Shown here piece by piece: positions 11,076 through 21,084 of a DNA stretch of 64,000 bases (positions are counted from its first letter, which is position 1; each line of letters begins with the position of its first letter). The stretch lies in assembly GCA_963823665.1 (NCBI GenBank), contig CAWGMQ010000004.1:2176001-2240000 (forward strand), given 5' to 3'. The position numbers were made by a program, and so were the translations under genes. The notes below the pieces were generated by a model, which did no database searches, was not told the DNA's origin, and worked only from the letters and a program-made list of their open reading frames with translations. Source of the DNA: an uncultured Planctomycetota bacterium. GTDB taxonomy: Bacteria > Planctomycetota > Planctomycetia > Isosphaerales > Isosphaeraceae.

Positions 11076-11289
11076 CAGGTTGGTCCTCTCGTACAGGCGA
11101 CGAGATTCAGGTAGGAGGCGGCACAACCACCGCTAAACTACTATCTTACGCCGTGGAAAGCGAAACACAAGGCAGCAGACGTTGGGAAAGTTGCAGCGGT
11201 CGCAGCCGCACGCCACGCCACGCAAAACTCAATCACAGATTCACCGTCTATCTCTCTAGAGCGACACGCCGGCAGCGAATGGCCTTACG

Positions 11290-13085
11290 TCACGGGCGCA
11301 AACCCGCCAATTCGTCAACCCGATACGACCGGCCAGCCTTCACGTCTTTAAAGCTCGTGACCCGGCCCGACGGCCACGTGATCTTGATCTCATCAGCATG
11401 GTCGGCCTTTCCCAGCCCGAACGTGAGCGGCAGCTCAACAGACGACAGATAGCTCTTGGACGCGAAAAGCTGGCGACGGCACACCATTTCCCCAGACTTG
11501 AGCTCCACCTTCGCCCCCACTGCGTCACGAGTGCAGGTATTGCTGCCTCCCGAGAGCTCGAGCCGCAGCCAGTGGTTCTGGTTGCCGCCGTCGTTGCGGA
11601 AGAGGCGGGCCCGACCATTGTTGACGGTCAGAACGACATCGAGATCACCGTCACCGTCAATATCTGCGTAGGCTGTACCACGGCCGACGACAGGCTCGAA
11701 CAGGTCACCTCCCGCGTTTTGTGCGGTGACGAGCTGGAAAAGGTCTTTCCCTGGTTGACCGGAATTCCAGAAAAGCTGCACCGGTTGCGCATACGTTTCG
11801 CTAGCCTGCACCTTGGCTATATCGGGCTCCAGATGGCCGTTAGCCGTGAGCAGATCAAGTCGGCCATCCAGATCATAGTCAAAGAAAAAGAGCCCGAATT
11901 TGAGCGGCGGCTGAGTCGGCGCACCCAGTCCGAAAAGATTCGCGAGGTCTGAGAACTGCACGGTCGACGGCTGGTCGCAAACATACAGCGCCGTCATTTC
12001 GTTGGCGAAATTACCGATGGCAAGACCGATCCGATCATCGTTGTTGAACGCGGCCCAGTCCGCACCCATTCCTCCCCGCGGCGAGCCCGACTGATCAAAT
12101 GCAATACCCGCGACAATGGCCAGCTCCTCAAATTTGCCTTGGCCTTTGTTGTGAAAGAGAAAATTCTGCACCGTGTCATTGGCCACGGCAATGTCGACTA
12201 AACCATCACCGTCGATGTCGAACGGCGCGACCCCGAGCGACTTGCCGACCGGTACCTTGAGATCGGGTGTGCTCACTTCGATCCCTGCTTGCTGGCTGAT
12301 ATCAATGAACCGGCCGTTGTCATTGCGCAAGAGAGCACAGAACGACCCTGAGAACGAAGTAGGCGGACCATACGCCCTGCCGAGGCCCGTGAGCTGAAAG
12401 CCCTGCACCTTGTCGATCTCCGGGCTCCAGTTGATGTAGTTGCAGATGAATAGATCGAGGTCGCCGTCGTTCTCGATGTCCACGAACGCCGCGCCCGTGA
12501 GCCAGCCGTGAGGCCCTTTGGCCCCCGCCTGCTCGGTAACGTCTTCGAAATGGCCCTTACCGTCATTGCGGAAGAGATAGCCGCGGCCGATCGCCGTCAC
12601 ATAAATGTCGGGGTCGTTGTCGTTGTCGTAATCGCCGACCGCCACCCCCTGCCCGTAAAACGTCTTGTCCAGGCCGGCTTCCTTGGTCACGTCCTGGAAG
12701 TGACCCTTACCGTCATTGCGATAAAGCGCCGTGTAGGCGCCGGGTTCGTCACATGCCCGGGCCAGTACGACGAGTTCACAAAGAATAAATCCTGGTCGCC
12801 GTCCCGGTCATAATCGAGAAAGGCGACTCCCGCTCCCATGGTTTCAGGCAGCAGCTTCTCTCCCAGCGCCCCGTTGTAGTGCACGAATGCGATTCCAGCG
12901 TCCTTGGTAATATCGACGAATTTCACGCTCGGCAGCGATTCAGGTTTGACTGTGACTTTGTTCCGCACCGGCCCAACGGCCAAAGGCACCACCGGCGGCG
13001 GAGCAGCCGGCGTGCAGCCGACAGAAAGAGCGAGAAGCGCGCAGCTCAGACATCGCCAAAGACCCGTGATTCGATCGAGGCTCAT
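11290..13085 (-). CDS. CRTAC1/ASPIC-UnbV lipoprotein with FG-GAP repeats; one frameshift at about 12731
   Basis: ORFs 12687-13085 and 11290-12690 join as PT(Q)ALYRNDGKG if one base is restored; DYDxDGDxD repeats; C-terminal SYLSS..LTFGLG..ITWPSG; lipobox LSVGC. Confidence 0.88.
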
Positions 13086-16000
13086 TTTCCGTTCTCCCGT
13101 GCGTCAGACGTGGCCGTGCCATTGATGTTGGCGTTGGTATTTTCCGGCGCCCGACGGGCTGCGGTTGGCTTGACAGTTTCATTGAGCCCTGGCGCACCTT
13201 CGCGGTGCAGCGAATGAATCACGATCGACTGGGCATTCGCGTTGGCGGCCGGGCTGAGTGTGCGTGCCTTCGCAAATACCTTTCCCTCGGCGGTTTCGTC
13301 CGGCTTGAGCCGCTCATGCAAACGCTCGTGCGTCACCTCGAGTGCAAGTGTCAGCGCCCGGAACATCTCGGGATCGGTTTCCTTATCCCAGGCAGGGCTC
13401 AATGTCTCGACGAGCTCAAAGAGCGGCGACAACCTTGATTGGTAGCGCGGACGAGGGCCATCAACGAATCGCGCGATCTCGCTCGCAAGCCGCTGCGCAT
13501 TGGGCAGTCGTTTCGCAACCGGAGCCGCTCGGTCCACTGCCGCCGCTGCAATTTTCAAGAGCGCATCGGCACTGGCAGGTTCAGGATCTTTGCCCCCACT
13601 CGCAGTATCGGAAGCTGCCGCCACGGCCCTGCTCCCACCCCACGGGGCTGCGCCATAGGCCTGGCCAAGTACATGATGCGCCGTTACGTTCTCGGAATCG
13701 ATCGAAAGCGTGCGGCGATACGCAGCAACGGCCTTCTTGAGGTAGTCGAGCCGCTCAGGGCTTGTTGAGCTCGCCTGCATGGCCCGGGCGTAATAAGCAA
13801 ACGCCAGCTCGTTGTTCACCTCGTAGTCGAGGCTCAGGTCAATCTTGCGTTCGGGGATCTTGGTAGAAAGAACCGATTGAAAGCTCACGATGGCTTCGTC
13901 AAACGCCCCGTTGCGGGCATTGATCTGGCCGCTTAACCAGTTGATTACCCACGGCGCAGACGGCTTTTCATGCGATGCTGCTTTCTCGAGAGCGGCCAGA
14001 GCTTCGGGAATTCGCCCTTCCTTCTGGTACACCCGGCCCAGGTTGACCCATCCATCGGCCACTCCCAGATCGGCGACCTTCTGGAAAATAGGCTCGGCCT
14101 GCTTCAGCTCGCCTTTCTGCCCGCCGACATTCCCCCCTTCCAGCAGCAATCCGATTCCGTAGTCGTTAAATCGCTGCCACACAGGTTGAATCGGAGAGGG
14201 CTCATTCGCAGCCGGTTTTCCACCAGCAACCGGAAGTTGAACCTGGTCACGTGCCATGACCACGACGGGAAGCGTGGGCCCCTGCCCTTTACCATAGATG
14301 TAGTCCATGTAAGTGCGGTCGAACTTGCGATAGTTGATCTTCGCCTCGAGCATGATGGGGCCGGTCTCCCCCGCAGGAACCTCGAGCCCAAAATGGACGA
14401 CCTGGCCGGCTCCGGGCGGGATCTGCTTGTTGTACAGCGGAACGAAGATGTCTTGCGGGTTGCGGCGGTCGATGCGCCTGCCCTCGCGATCAAGCATGTA
14501 AACGTTGATGAAGTGAGAAAACGGATCAACCATCCCGTCCGGTCCCATCCCGCCGGAACGCCCGATCACGCGCCCACCGGAGCGTGCGATCAGCTCGACC
14601 CAGATCTCATTCGAATCAACGGTTCCTTGACTGAACGGATGACCGACTCCCAGCGTACGAACAACGGTCTCGACAAGGTATTTGCCGCCAGGTTTCACAG
14701 TGGGAACCTCGGGCCGGATCGGGCCTAGAAGTTCGCCGTCGATCACGCCTCCTTCGCGCAGACCAAAGATGTCGATTCTCACCTTCTTGTCACTCAGGAA
14801 CCGCGAATGCCGTTCGACAAGCTCCTTGTTTCCCAGCAGTGCCGCTAAGCCGGTGTTGGCACCGGAAAAGAGGTGGTCGTGGATCTCCCGGCCCCCCTTG
14901 CCATCGAAATCCTTGGCGCCGAAGTCTGTTGAAGGCTTCAACTCCATGTGGCACTCGTTGCAGTTCGACTTGGCAACCTCCGGATAATAAAAGCTGCGTG
15001 CTCCGTGGCCCGAAACTCCTGACAGGACATACGAGTCATAGTGGTTCTGGCCGCGGACAAAATCTTTGTAGCGCGTGACGCCGACCGGCAAACCAACCTT
15101 GTGGCAGGTTGAGCAAAACTCGGCGCTCTTCAAAATCGGCTTGAAGAATGTCTTCTTGTGCATTTCAGGCTTGGCTTTGACCAGCGAGTTATTGATCCAC
15201 TGCAACAGCGGGTCGTCGCTGAAGGCAAAAGGATAATGCTCGGGTTCTTCGATCGTGTACGATGCGTTGCCACGGGTGTCGTTGATGTTCGTGATCGCGT
15301 GGCAGGTCGTGCACGTGATGCCGGCCTGGCTGGTCGCGTTGTTCACGTCATCGTAGTTGGGATCATCGAATTCACCCGAGAAAAATGGCACCGGATCATG
15401 GCAGCCGGCGCACCAGCGGGCGGCCTGGGTCGATCCGTCGGCTGCAAGCGAAACCCGGCGCGTCTCGCGCACGCTGGTTCGATACGCCGGGTTGTTGAAC
15501 GAGCTGAATCGGTGCGCGGAGTGAAACCAGCCGTTGTAGGCGTCCTGATGACACTTCATGCAGTAGTCGTCCATCATCAAGACGTGCGCCGGAATGAACT
15601 TACCGTTGGCCGTGATCGCTTCAGAGGGATAGAAATACTGCTTGCCTTCGCGCGGCCCCTTGACGCCGAACGAGCGCGGATCCTGGAAGTGCAGCAGCCC
15701 CATCACCACAACGAATCCTGCGACCGCGACGCTTAAACGCCGCGCCCATTCCCACCGGATCCTCGGCCCAGCCAGGCGATGCTTGACATACAGCGCCACC
15801 GCGATGAGTGGTGTCAGAACGTGAAGCCAGTATCCCACGTCGCGGATTCGCGGGTCCCGAACCTCGAAGCCCCCTAAACGCACCAGGATGAGCCCCGAGA
15901 CCAGAATCACAATGGCCACACCCAGAAGCGCCAGTCCGAATCGAACAGCCGTTCGGTTGGGCCGTTTCCACGAGGTGAGTAGGTGTATCAACCCGAAAAC

Positions 16001-16249
16001 GACAAACGGAACGATCAAGAAAAAGCCCAGAATCAAGTGCAAGGCAATCATCAGCATGTAGAACGGCGTCTGCTGTGTCGTGCCACGCCACCACGTGAGC
16101 GAGGTGACGCTCGAGAGATAAACACCGTTAGCGCCCAGGAATGCGAAGCCAAGCAGAATGATCCATAAAAGAGGGCGCAGCCGCGGCCCTACGGCAGGTG
16201 TATATGCGCGGCCCCTGCGGTCACGCACGATTTGAGCATCAGTAGTCAT
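13082..16249 (-). CDS. Membrane-anchored multiheme c-type cytochrome with TPR region
   Basis: About 5 N-terminal TM helices; five CxxCH motifs (CMKCH, CAGCH, CTTCH, CSTCH, CNECH); TPR-like C-terminus; overlaps start of the ASPIC gene. Confidence 0.9.
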   Translation of the reverse strand: MTTDAQIVRDRRGRAYTPAVGPRLRPLLWIILLGFAFLGANGVYLSSVTSLTWWRGTTQQTPFYMLMIALHLILGFFLIVPFVVFGLIHLLTSWKRPNRTAVRFGLALLGVAIVILVSGLILVRLGGFEVRDPRIRDVGYWLHVLTPLIAVALYVKHRLAGPRIRWEWARRLSVAVAGFVVVMGLLHFQDPRSFGVKGPREGKQYFYPSEAITANGKFIPAHVLMMDDYCMKCHQDAYNGWFHSAHRFSSFNNPAYRTSVRETRRVSLAADGSTQAARWCAGCHDPVPFFSGEFDDPNYDDVNNATSQAGITCTTCHAITNINDTRGNASYTIEEPEHYPFAFSDDPLLQWINNSLVKAKPEMHKKTFFKPILKSAEFCSTCHKVGLPVGVTRYKDFVRGQNHYDSYVLSGVSGHGARSFYYPEVAKSNCNECHMELKPSTDFGAKDFDGKGGREIHDHLFSGANTGLAALLGNKELVERHSRFLSDKKVRIDIFGLREGGVIDGELLGPIRPEVPTVKPGGKYLVETVVRTLGVGHPFSQGTVDSNEIWVELIARSGGRVIGRSGGMGPDGMVDPFSHFINVYMLDREGRRIDRRNPQDIFVPLYNKQIPPGAGQVVHFGLEVPAGETGPIMLEAKINYRKFDRTYMDYIYGKGQGPTLPVVVMARDQVQLPVAGGKPAANEPSPIQPVWQRFNDYGIGLLLEGGNVGGQKGELKQAEPIFQKVADLGVADGWVNLGRVYQKEGRIPEALAALEKAASHEKPSAPWVINWLSGQINARNGAFDEAIVSFQSVLSTKIPERKIDLSLDYEVNNELAFAYYARAMQASSTSPERLDYLKKAVAAYRRTLSIDSENVTAHHVLGQAYGAAPWGGSRAVAAASDTASGGKDPEPASADALLKIAAAAVDRAAPVAKRLPNAQRLASEIARFVDGPRPRYQSRLSPLFELVETLSPAWDKETDPEMFRALTLALEVTHERLHERLKPDETAEGKVFAKARTLSPAANANAQSIVIHSLHREGAPGLNETVKPTAARRAPENTNANINGTATSDARENGK

Positions 16250-16342
16250 GATCGATGGCCCCCTCTGCGAGAGAGTGCAATGGCCGGCGAGATCCCGGTG
16301 GCTCGCATAGGTCGATGAAGAAAATAGAAATTCGTCAAATCG

Positions 16343-16942
16343 TTACTTACGGTAAGAGGTCTCCGCACTCGAGCCCAACCGTAGTGACTCAAGTGTGGCA
16401 CGGATATCCGGCTCGAGCCGATCGTAGGCCCCCTCCGGCATGTGCCAGGTCATGTAGATCGTTTCGGTCGGCCGCGCAAACGCCAGCATGACTTGCCGGG
16501 TCGGCACGAGTGTCTTCTCCGGAGGCTTGATCGGTTCCCCGAGCCCGCTCGGAGCTAGCGTGTCTCCGGTTCCCGGCGCAATCAGCTCGATGCGAGCGGC
16601 CTGCACACCGGCGATCGTCTCGACGCGTTTCACCAGCAGCTTTGTGCCCGGTAGATTCTCAAGCCGGTTTCCCTGGGCCTCCAGCAGCATTTCCGCCGAG
16701 CCGTCCGGCACCCAGAGCGTTCGATAGATCACCAGCGATGATCCATCAGGTCCCGACCAGGCTGCCAGCGGAGTTCCAGGAACCAACCATTTCGTCGCGC
16801 GCACCGACTGCCAGGACGCAGGCGGCTTGAGTGCCACCCCGGATCGCTCGAGCAATGTTCCCGGGGTGCACCCTGGAATCACAGCCAGAAGCGCCGCCAG
16901 TCTACACAGGAAACGCACGTTCGCGATCGTTCTACGCATCAC
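16343..16942 (-). CDS. Putative lipoprotein
   Basis: Signal peptide with lipobox-like VIPGC; 199 aa. Confidence 0.7.
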   Translation of the reverse strand: MMRRTIANVRFLCRLAALLAVIPGCTPGTLLERSGVALKPPASWQSVRATKWLVPGTPLAAWSGPDGSSLVIYRTLWVPDGSAEMLLEAQGNRLENLPGTKLLVKRVETIAGVQAARIELIAPGTGDTLAPSGLGEPIKPPEKTLVPTRQVMLAFARPTETIYMTWHMPEGAYDRLEPDIRATLESLRLGSSAETSYRK

Positions 16943-17090
16943 GAGAAAATAATCTCTGCGTCAGTTGGGTCGACCCGCTGGACTTCGCCCGGACGATGGG
17001 CGATCTCCTGCACAATGAATGTGCCACATCTTCCGGCAAGAGGCCGTTGGATTGCCCCGGATTCCGGGCGCATGCCGGATGTTTCGCGAT

Positions 17091-17522
17091 CTAGGAGAGC
17101 ACCCCACTCGAGCGTGGAGGCCGGTCCAGGCGAATGGCTGGCGGCTGCGAGTGCTCGGTTCCTGCGTCAGCGATGCGTGGCTCACGAAAGTCAGGCGATG
17201 TGAAGCTCGAGTCGTTGAACAAAATGGCAACGGCAGGCAGATGTGTCGAGTTCGATGCAAGGGGAATCTCGTCCCCGCAATGCGGATGAGTAAGCGCCGC
17301 TGGCGGCCTGGCGATCGACGTGGTCGCTTGCACAAGACTCTGGTCCGTCTCCCACGCAAATGTGCTGGCGATAACAGGGCGATCCGGTGTGTGACACCCC
17401 GCTGCCAGGGAGAACGAGGGAAGCATGAGTAGGCAAAGCGTGGCCATGGTCCCCAGAACCCAGGCATGATAGCCCTGAGTTGGGACCGCGCGGCGCACGG
17501 CAGTGTTGCTCTGATTGATCAT
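17091..17522 (-). CDS. Small exported protein ending in an RLDRPPR motif
   Basis: Hydrophobic signal ending SLA-AGCH, an HPHC motif, Pro-rich C-terminus; GAGAG upstream of ATG. Confidence 0.6.
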   Translation of the reverse strand: MINQSNTAVRRAVPTQGYHAWVLGTMATLCLLMLPSFSLAAGCHTPDRPVIASTFAWETDQSLVQATTSIARPPAALTHPHCGDEIPLASNSTHLPAVAILFNDSSFTSPDFREPRIADAGTEHSQPPAIRLDRPPRSSGVLS

Positions 17523-17620
17523 GTCGAACTCTCGGGGAGAGGCATCACATCGATCGTATGGACTATGAATTCGAGTTGTCAATGTAAGTCGGACCAAGTC
17601 GCCTGTCGCGCTCGCCCATC

Positions 17621-17653
17621 GTCGCCTTTCGCCCCGCGAAAGTGCGTCCCCAT
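17621..17653. repeat. 33-bp palindromic (REP-like) repeat, copy 1
   Basis: gtcgcctttcgccccgcgaaagtgcgtccccat; 31/33 identical to 21795-21827; stem CTTTCGC/GCGAAAG. Confidence 0.85.
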
Positions 17654-17707
17654 AAGCTCCCGCCGTTCAAGCCCCCAGTCGCCAGGCGCCTCGCGCATCC
17701 GAAGGAA

Positions 17708-20152
17708 TCACGGCGACCGCGGCATGTGCTTCCGAAGAAACGCAACCGAGTTCGGCAACATCCACTGAACGCCGTCGAGTATCTCATCCAGCGGGACATC
17801 GGGTTTCTTCTCTTTCACCCCGCGCCGGCGCTCATGCTCCGTCCTCGCCATTTCACGTCGCTGTTGCCGCCTCTCCCGCTTGGAAACCGGCTCCGCCACG
17901 CGAGCGGGCACAACACAACCCTCCTCGGGCAACGGCGCCCGAACATCATCGCGCGCGACCTCCTCCCGGCAGCCCGACTCTCCCCCTTCCTGTCGCCCGG
18001 CCTTCCCAGCCTCAATCGGAGCGTCACCCACCATCTCGCTTTCTCCGGCCCGGCAGCCTGTCTCCCCCCCTCCGTGTCTCCCGGCCGCCAAAGGTTCGGT
18101 CTGCGCGTCGCCCGCTGCCTCGCCTGGTTCGTCGTCCACGATTTCGTTTTGTATATTCGTCGCGGGGTCTTTCTCTGTAAGGGCTAAGGAAACGAAATTG
18201 CCCAGCCCAACTTGTCCGGAATCCGTGGCCGCGTGCTCAATTTCCGCCTCCGTGTGGCCCTGGCCCTGCTGCGTGTGACCCTCAGTTCGGCGCGGGTCTC
18301 GGGCACCCGAAGGGTCGCCGCCGTCCCCCTCGGAAGTTTCAGTTCGGCGCGGGTCTCGGGCACCCGAAGGGTCGCCGCCGTCCCCCCGACCGAAGGTCTC
18401 CTCTCGCCCCCCGCCGTCCCCCTCGGAAGTTTCAGTTCGGCGCGGGTCTCGGGCACCCGAAGGGTCGCCGCCGTCCCCCCTACCGCAGGTCTCCTCTTGC
18501 CCCCCACCGTCCCCGGGATCACTTCCCCCTGTCTCGCATGCACCCAAAACGTCCCCGCCAACCACGCGATCACCCGCACCTTCCACCACCCCGATGTCAT
18601 TCGTCCCCAACCCGTCGATTTCGTTTTGTATATTCGTCTCGGGCTCTTGTCCCGTAAGGGTTAAGGGAACGAAATCGCTCAGCCCAGCCTGTCCGAAATC
18701 CGTCGCCCCATCCTGGCTTTCCGCCCGGGTCAGGGCGTCCTGTTTCATCGCGCTGTCATCCGCCACCTCATCCACCCGATTGGTCGCCGACGCTTCCTGA
18801 ACGCCACCATTCCCCGCCTCCGTCTCACACGCCCGACCGGCAATCGCTTCTGTATGTCCCTGGCTCTGCACGTGCGCAGCCTTCGCGCCCACATCACTCG
18901 GGCTGCCACCTGCGTAGCGCGCGCCACCACCGTCAGACGCACGCCAATACGGATCCTCACAAGGCTGCCGCCCGCGCTCCGCCTTCCAGCGAGCCAACCC
19001 CGCCTCGAGGTCGCCGTCATACCCCTGGGCATCGCGCACGGTCCCACGCTCGTCAAGCACAAACCGCTCATCGTGCATGATCCCGCGTCGTGCTAGCGCT
19101 TTCCTCCGTTCTCGGTCCCGGCGCACCTTCTCCCACCCGTCCTCGTCCCAGCGGTGCCATCTCTTGATCGTGTCGAGGTTCCGAATCACCAGCCGGTTGG
19201 AGCTCTCAAGATGACGCTCAATCTGCCCGACGTTCTTGACCTCCGCATCGCTCACAGTATTGGTTTCGACCATCTCGAGAATCTCGTCGCCTTCCGCGGC
19301 CTCGGCTTCGAGCCTCCACAGCCGCTCAATCGCCTGGTCGATGATCTCCAGCAGCACGGCCCGTCCAGCCGCTGCATTCGCCGGCGTGAGCGCGCGTAGC
19401 TCCGGGCGCGAGAGCTGGCCCTCATAAAACTTGACCCGGTCATAGTGGATCTCGCACCGTAGCTCGCGGAAGGCGGACTTGAAGACCGGCCTCATGGCAT
19501 GGCTCGCAAGGAACACCAAGGCGGCCTCTCGATCAAAGAGCGCGTCGAGCGGCTGCTTGCCCAGTAAACGGGCGGCCGTGAGTTTTTGACAGGAGACCCA
19601 TCCCTCTCCCGAATCAATCGGCTTCCTCACCTCGCCTAGGCGGTCCAGCAGCCAGCGTCGGCCGGCGCACGTCGCTTCAAGCTGGATGACCAACCTGCGC
19701 GGCTTATCCGGGTCATCGGCTACCCCCGAATCGGAGGTCCGCGGCTGCTTGTGCTCATAGTCCCCCGATGGATAGAGCTGCGATGGTCCCCTGCGGTCAA
19801 AGAGCAAGCGGTCGCCCAGCCCCTCTGCCGCCAGTGTCTCCTCAGCCGCCTGCGCCCGCGATCGCCGCACGATATCGCCGGTCACGCGGTTAACTTCCAA
19901 GCGGTTAGCACGCTCGGCCCGCCAGCAAGCCATCGCCGCCAGCTTGGCCAGATCTGCCTCGGCTTGATTTCGAACCTGATGACTCGTTGTGTACGCATCA
20001 ATCTTCGCCTGAAGCTCCGCCGGATCCTCCCCCGGCAGAACCGGCGTCTTCGCCGTGAGCCCATGCTTGACCGCGTTGAACCGCGACCCCTTGCCGATCG
20101 ACGCCCGCTGATCATTCATCCCGACAACCACCGCACCCTGCTGCTCACTCAT
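17708..20152 (-). CDS. Large hypothetical protein of the 'SRFNAxKHGL' type with a repeat-laden acidic tail
   Basis: About 814 aa; N-terminal GSRFNAVKHGLTAKTPVLPGEDPAEL and helical core; C-terminal half is low-complexity with internal duplications. Confidence 0.75.
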   Translation of the reverse strand: MSEQQGAVVVGMNDQRASIGKGSRFNAVKHGLTAKTPVLPGEDPAELQAKIDAYTTSHQVRNQAEADLAKLAAMACWRAERANRLEVNRVTGDIVRRSRAQAAEETLAAEGLGDRLLFDRRGPSQLYPSGDYEHKQPRTSDSGVADDPDKPRRLVIQLEATCAGRRWLLDRLGEVRKPIDSGEGWVSCQKLTAARLLGKQPLDALFDREAALVFLASHAMRPVFKSAFRELRCEIHYDRVKFYEGQLSRPELRALTPANAAAGRAVLLEIIDQAIERLWRLEAEAAEGDEILEMVETNTVSDAEVKNVGQIERHLESSNRLVIRNLDTIKRWHRWDEDGWEKVRRDRERRKALARRGIMHDERFVLDERGTVRDAQGYDGDLEAGLARWKAERGRQPCEDPYWRASDGGGARYAGGSPSDVGAKAAHVQSQGHTEAIAGRACETEAGNGGVQEASATNRVDEVADDSAMKQDALTRAESQDGATDFGQAGLSDFVPLTLTGQEPETNIQNEIDGLGTNDIGVVEGAGDRVVGGDVLGACETGGSDPGDGGGQEETCGRGDGGDPSGARDPRRTETSEGDGGGREETFGRGDGGDPSGARDPRRTETSEGDGGDPSGARDPRRTEGHTQQGQGHTEAEIEHAATDSGQVGLGNFVSLALTEKDPATNIQNEIVDDEPGEAAGDAQTEPLAAGRHGGGETGCRAGESEMVGDAPIEAGKAGRQEGGESGCREEVARDDVRAPLPEEGCVVPARVAEPVSKRERRQQRREMARTEHERRRGVKEKKPDVPLDEILDGVQWMLPNSVAFLRKHMPRSP
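18143..18196. repeat. 54-bp element with terminal inverted repeats, copy 1
   Basis: TTCGTTTTGTATATTCG...TAAGGAAACGAA; flanks extend the IR (ATTTCGTTT/AAACGAAAT). Confidence 0.8.
18282..18514. repeat. Intragenic tandem repeats (3 copies of a roughly 48-bp core; spacings 57 and 93 bp)
   Basis: tcagttcggcgcgggtctcgggcacccgaagggtcgccgccgtccccc at 18282, 18339 and 18432; encodes GDGGDPSGARDPRRTE. Confidence 0.92.
18620..18673. repeat. 54-bp element with terminal inverted repeats, copy 2
   Basis: TTCGTTTTGTATATTCG...TAAGGGAACGAA; 10-bp perfect IR CGATTTCGTT/AACGAAATCG. Confidence 0.8.
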
Positions 20153-20204
20153 CGCATCACCATGATCCTGTCTCTTGGGCAAAAAAACCAGGAATAACGC
20201 CCGC

Positions 20205-20407
20205 GAAGTAGGTCAGGCTTCAGCCTGACGATTTCCCCAAAGTCCTTCACGCGAAAGCCCAACAACTCTGCCCCTGAAGTAGGTTAGGCTTCAGCCTGAC
20301 GATTTCCCCAAAGTCTCTCACGCGAAAGTCCAACAACTCCGCCTCCGAAGTAGGTCAGGCTTCAGCCTGACGATTTCCCCAAAGTCCCTCACGCGAAAGC
20401 CCAACAA
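20205..20407. repeat. Tandem array of about three 71-bp units carrying a GTAG-type REP palindrome
   Basis: Units start at 20205, 20276 and 20347; each has GTAG-GTCAGGCT-TC-AGCCTGAC (one mismatch in copy 2). Confidence 0.92.
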
Positions 20408-21084
20408 TTGCGTCCGTGACGGGAACTTGACCAATCGTCCCGCTGCGCAGGCACGAATAGCCGTGCCAGACGACGCGCGATCCCCGGTCACCAACCGCGA
20501 CTCCATAACATGGGACATAAACTCCACGTAAGCAAAAAATTTTAGTTCTTGAGAATGCGGTTCCCAGCCAATCCGCTCCGATTGTGACGATCGAACAACG
20601 ACCGGATGCGCCAGTTCTGCGATCCCAAGGCATTGCCGCATAAGGCAAGACTCGCCGCATTGTGCTTGACCGGCATAATCCGGCTAACCGGACCCTGGTA
20701 GGGTAGGAACGATCGATCGGTTTCGATCCCACCCCTCCGAACTATGCGGGCGATTTTCCCGCATACGGGTTATTCAGTCGGCAGTCTTACCTCGAACAGG
20801 ATTGATGGCCCAGCTTGCAAGCTCCGGTCAAGCTCTACCGGCTTTATCGCCGTCTAGGTCTGGCTTCGCTTGGTGATGGAATCTTCCGATCATTCCGCCT
20901 CCAATCACCTACCGTCGTCCCGGCACATCTCTGGCTTTTTCAATGCCAGGCGTACCGCCAGTTCACTTTCCGATTTCGCCGCGGTAAAATCACGCCGCAC
21001 GGCGTAGGACGGTGTCACAGCCGGCCTTTCGGCCTGCCGCAGTTTGGCAAAACGTTCAGTGCAACAACACGGAGGAATCTGGAC

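Noticed and set aside
20205..20407. Possible CRISPR array
   Set aside because: The segments between palindromes are near-identical rather than unique spacers, and no cas genes are present
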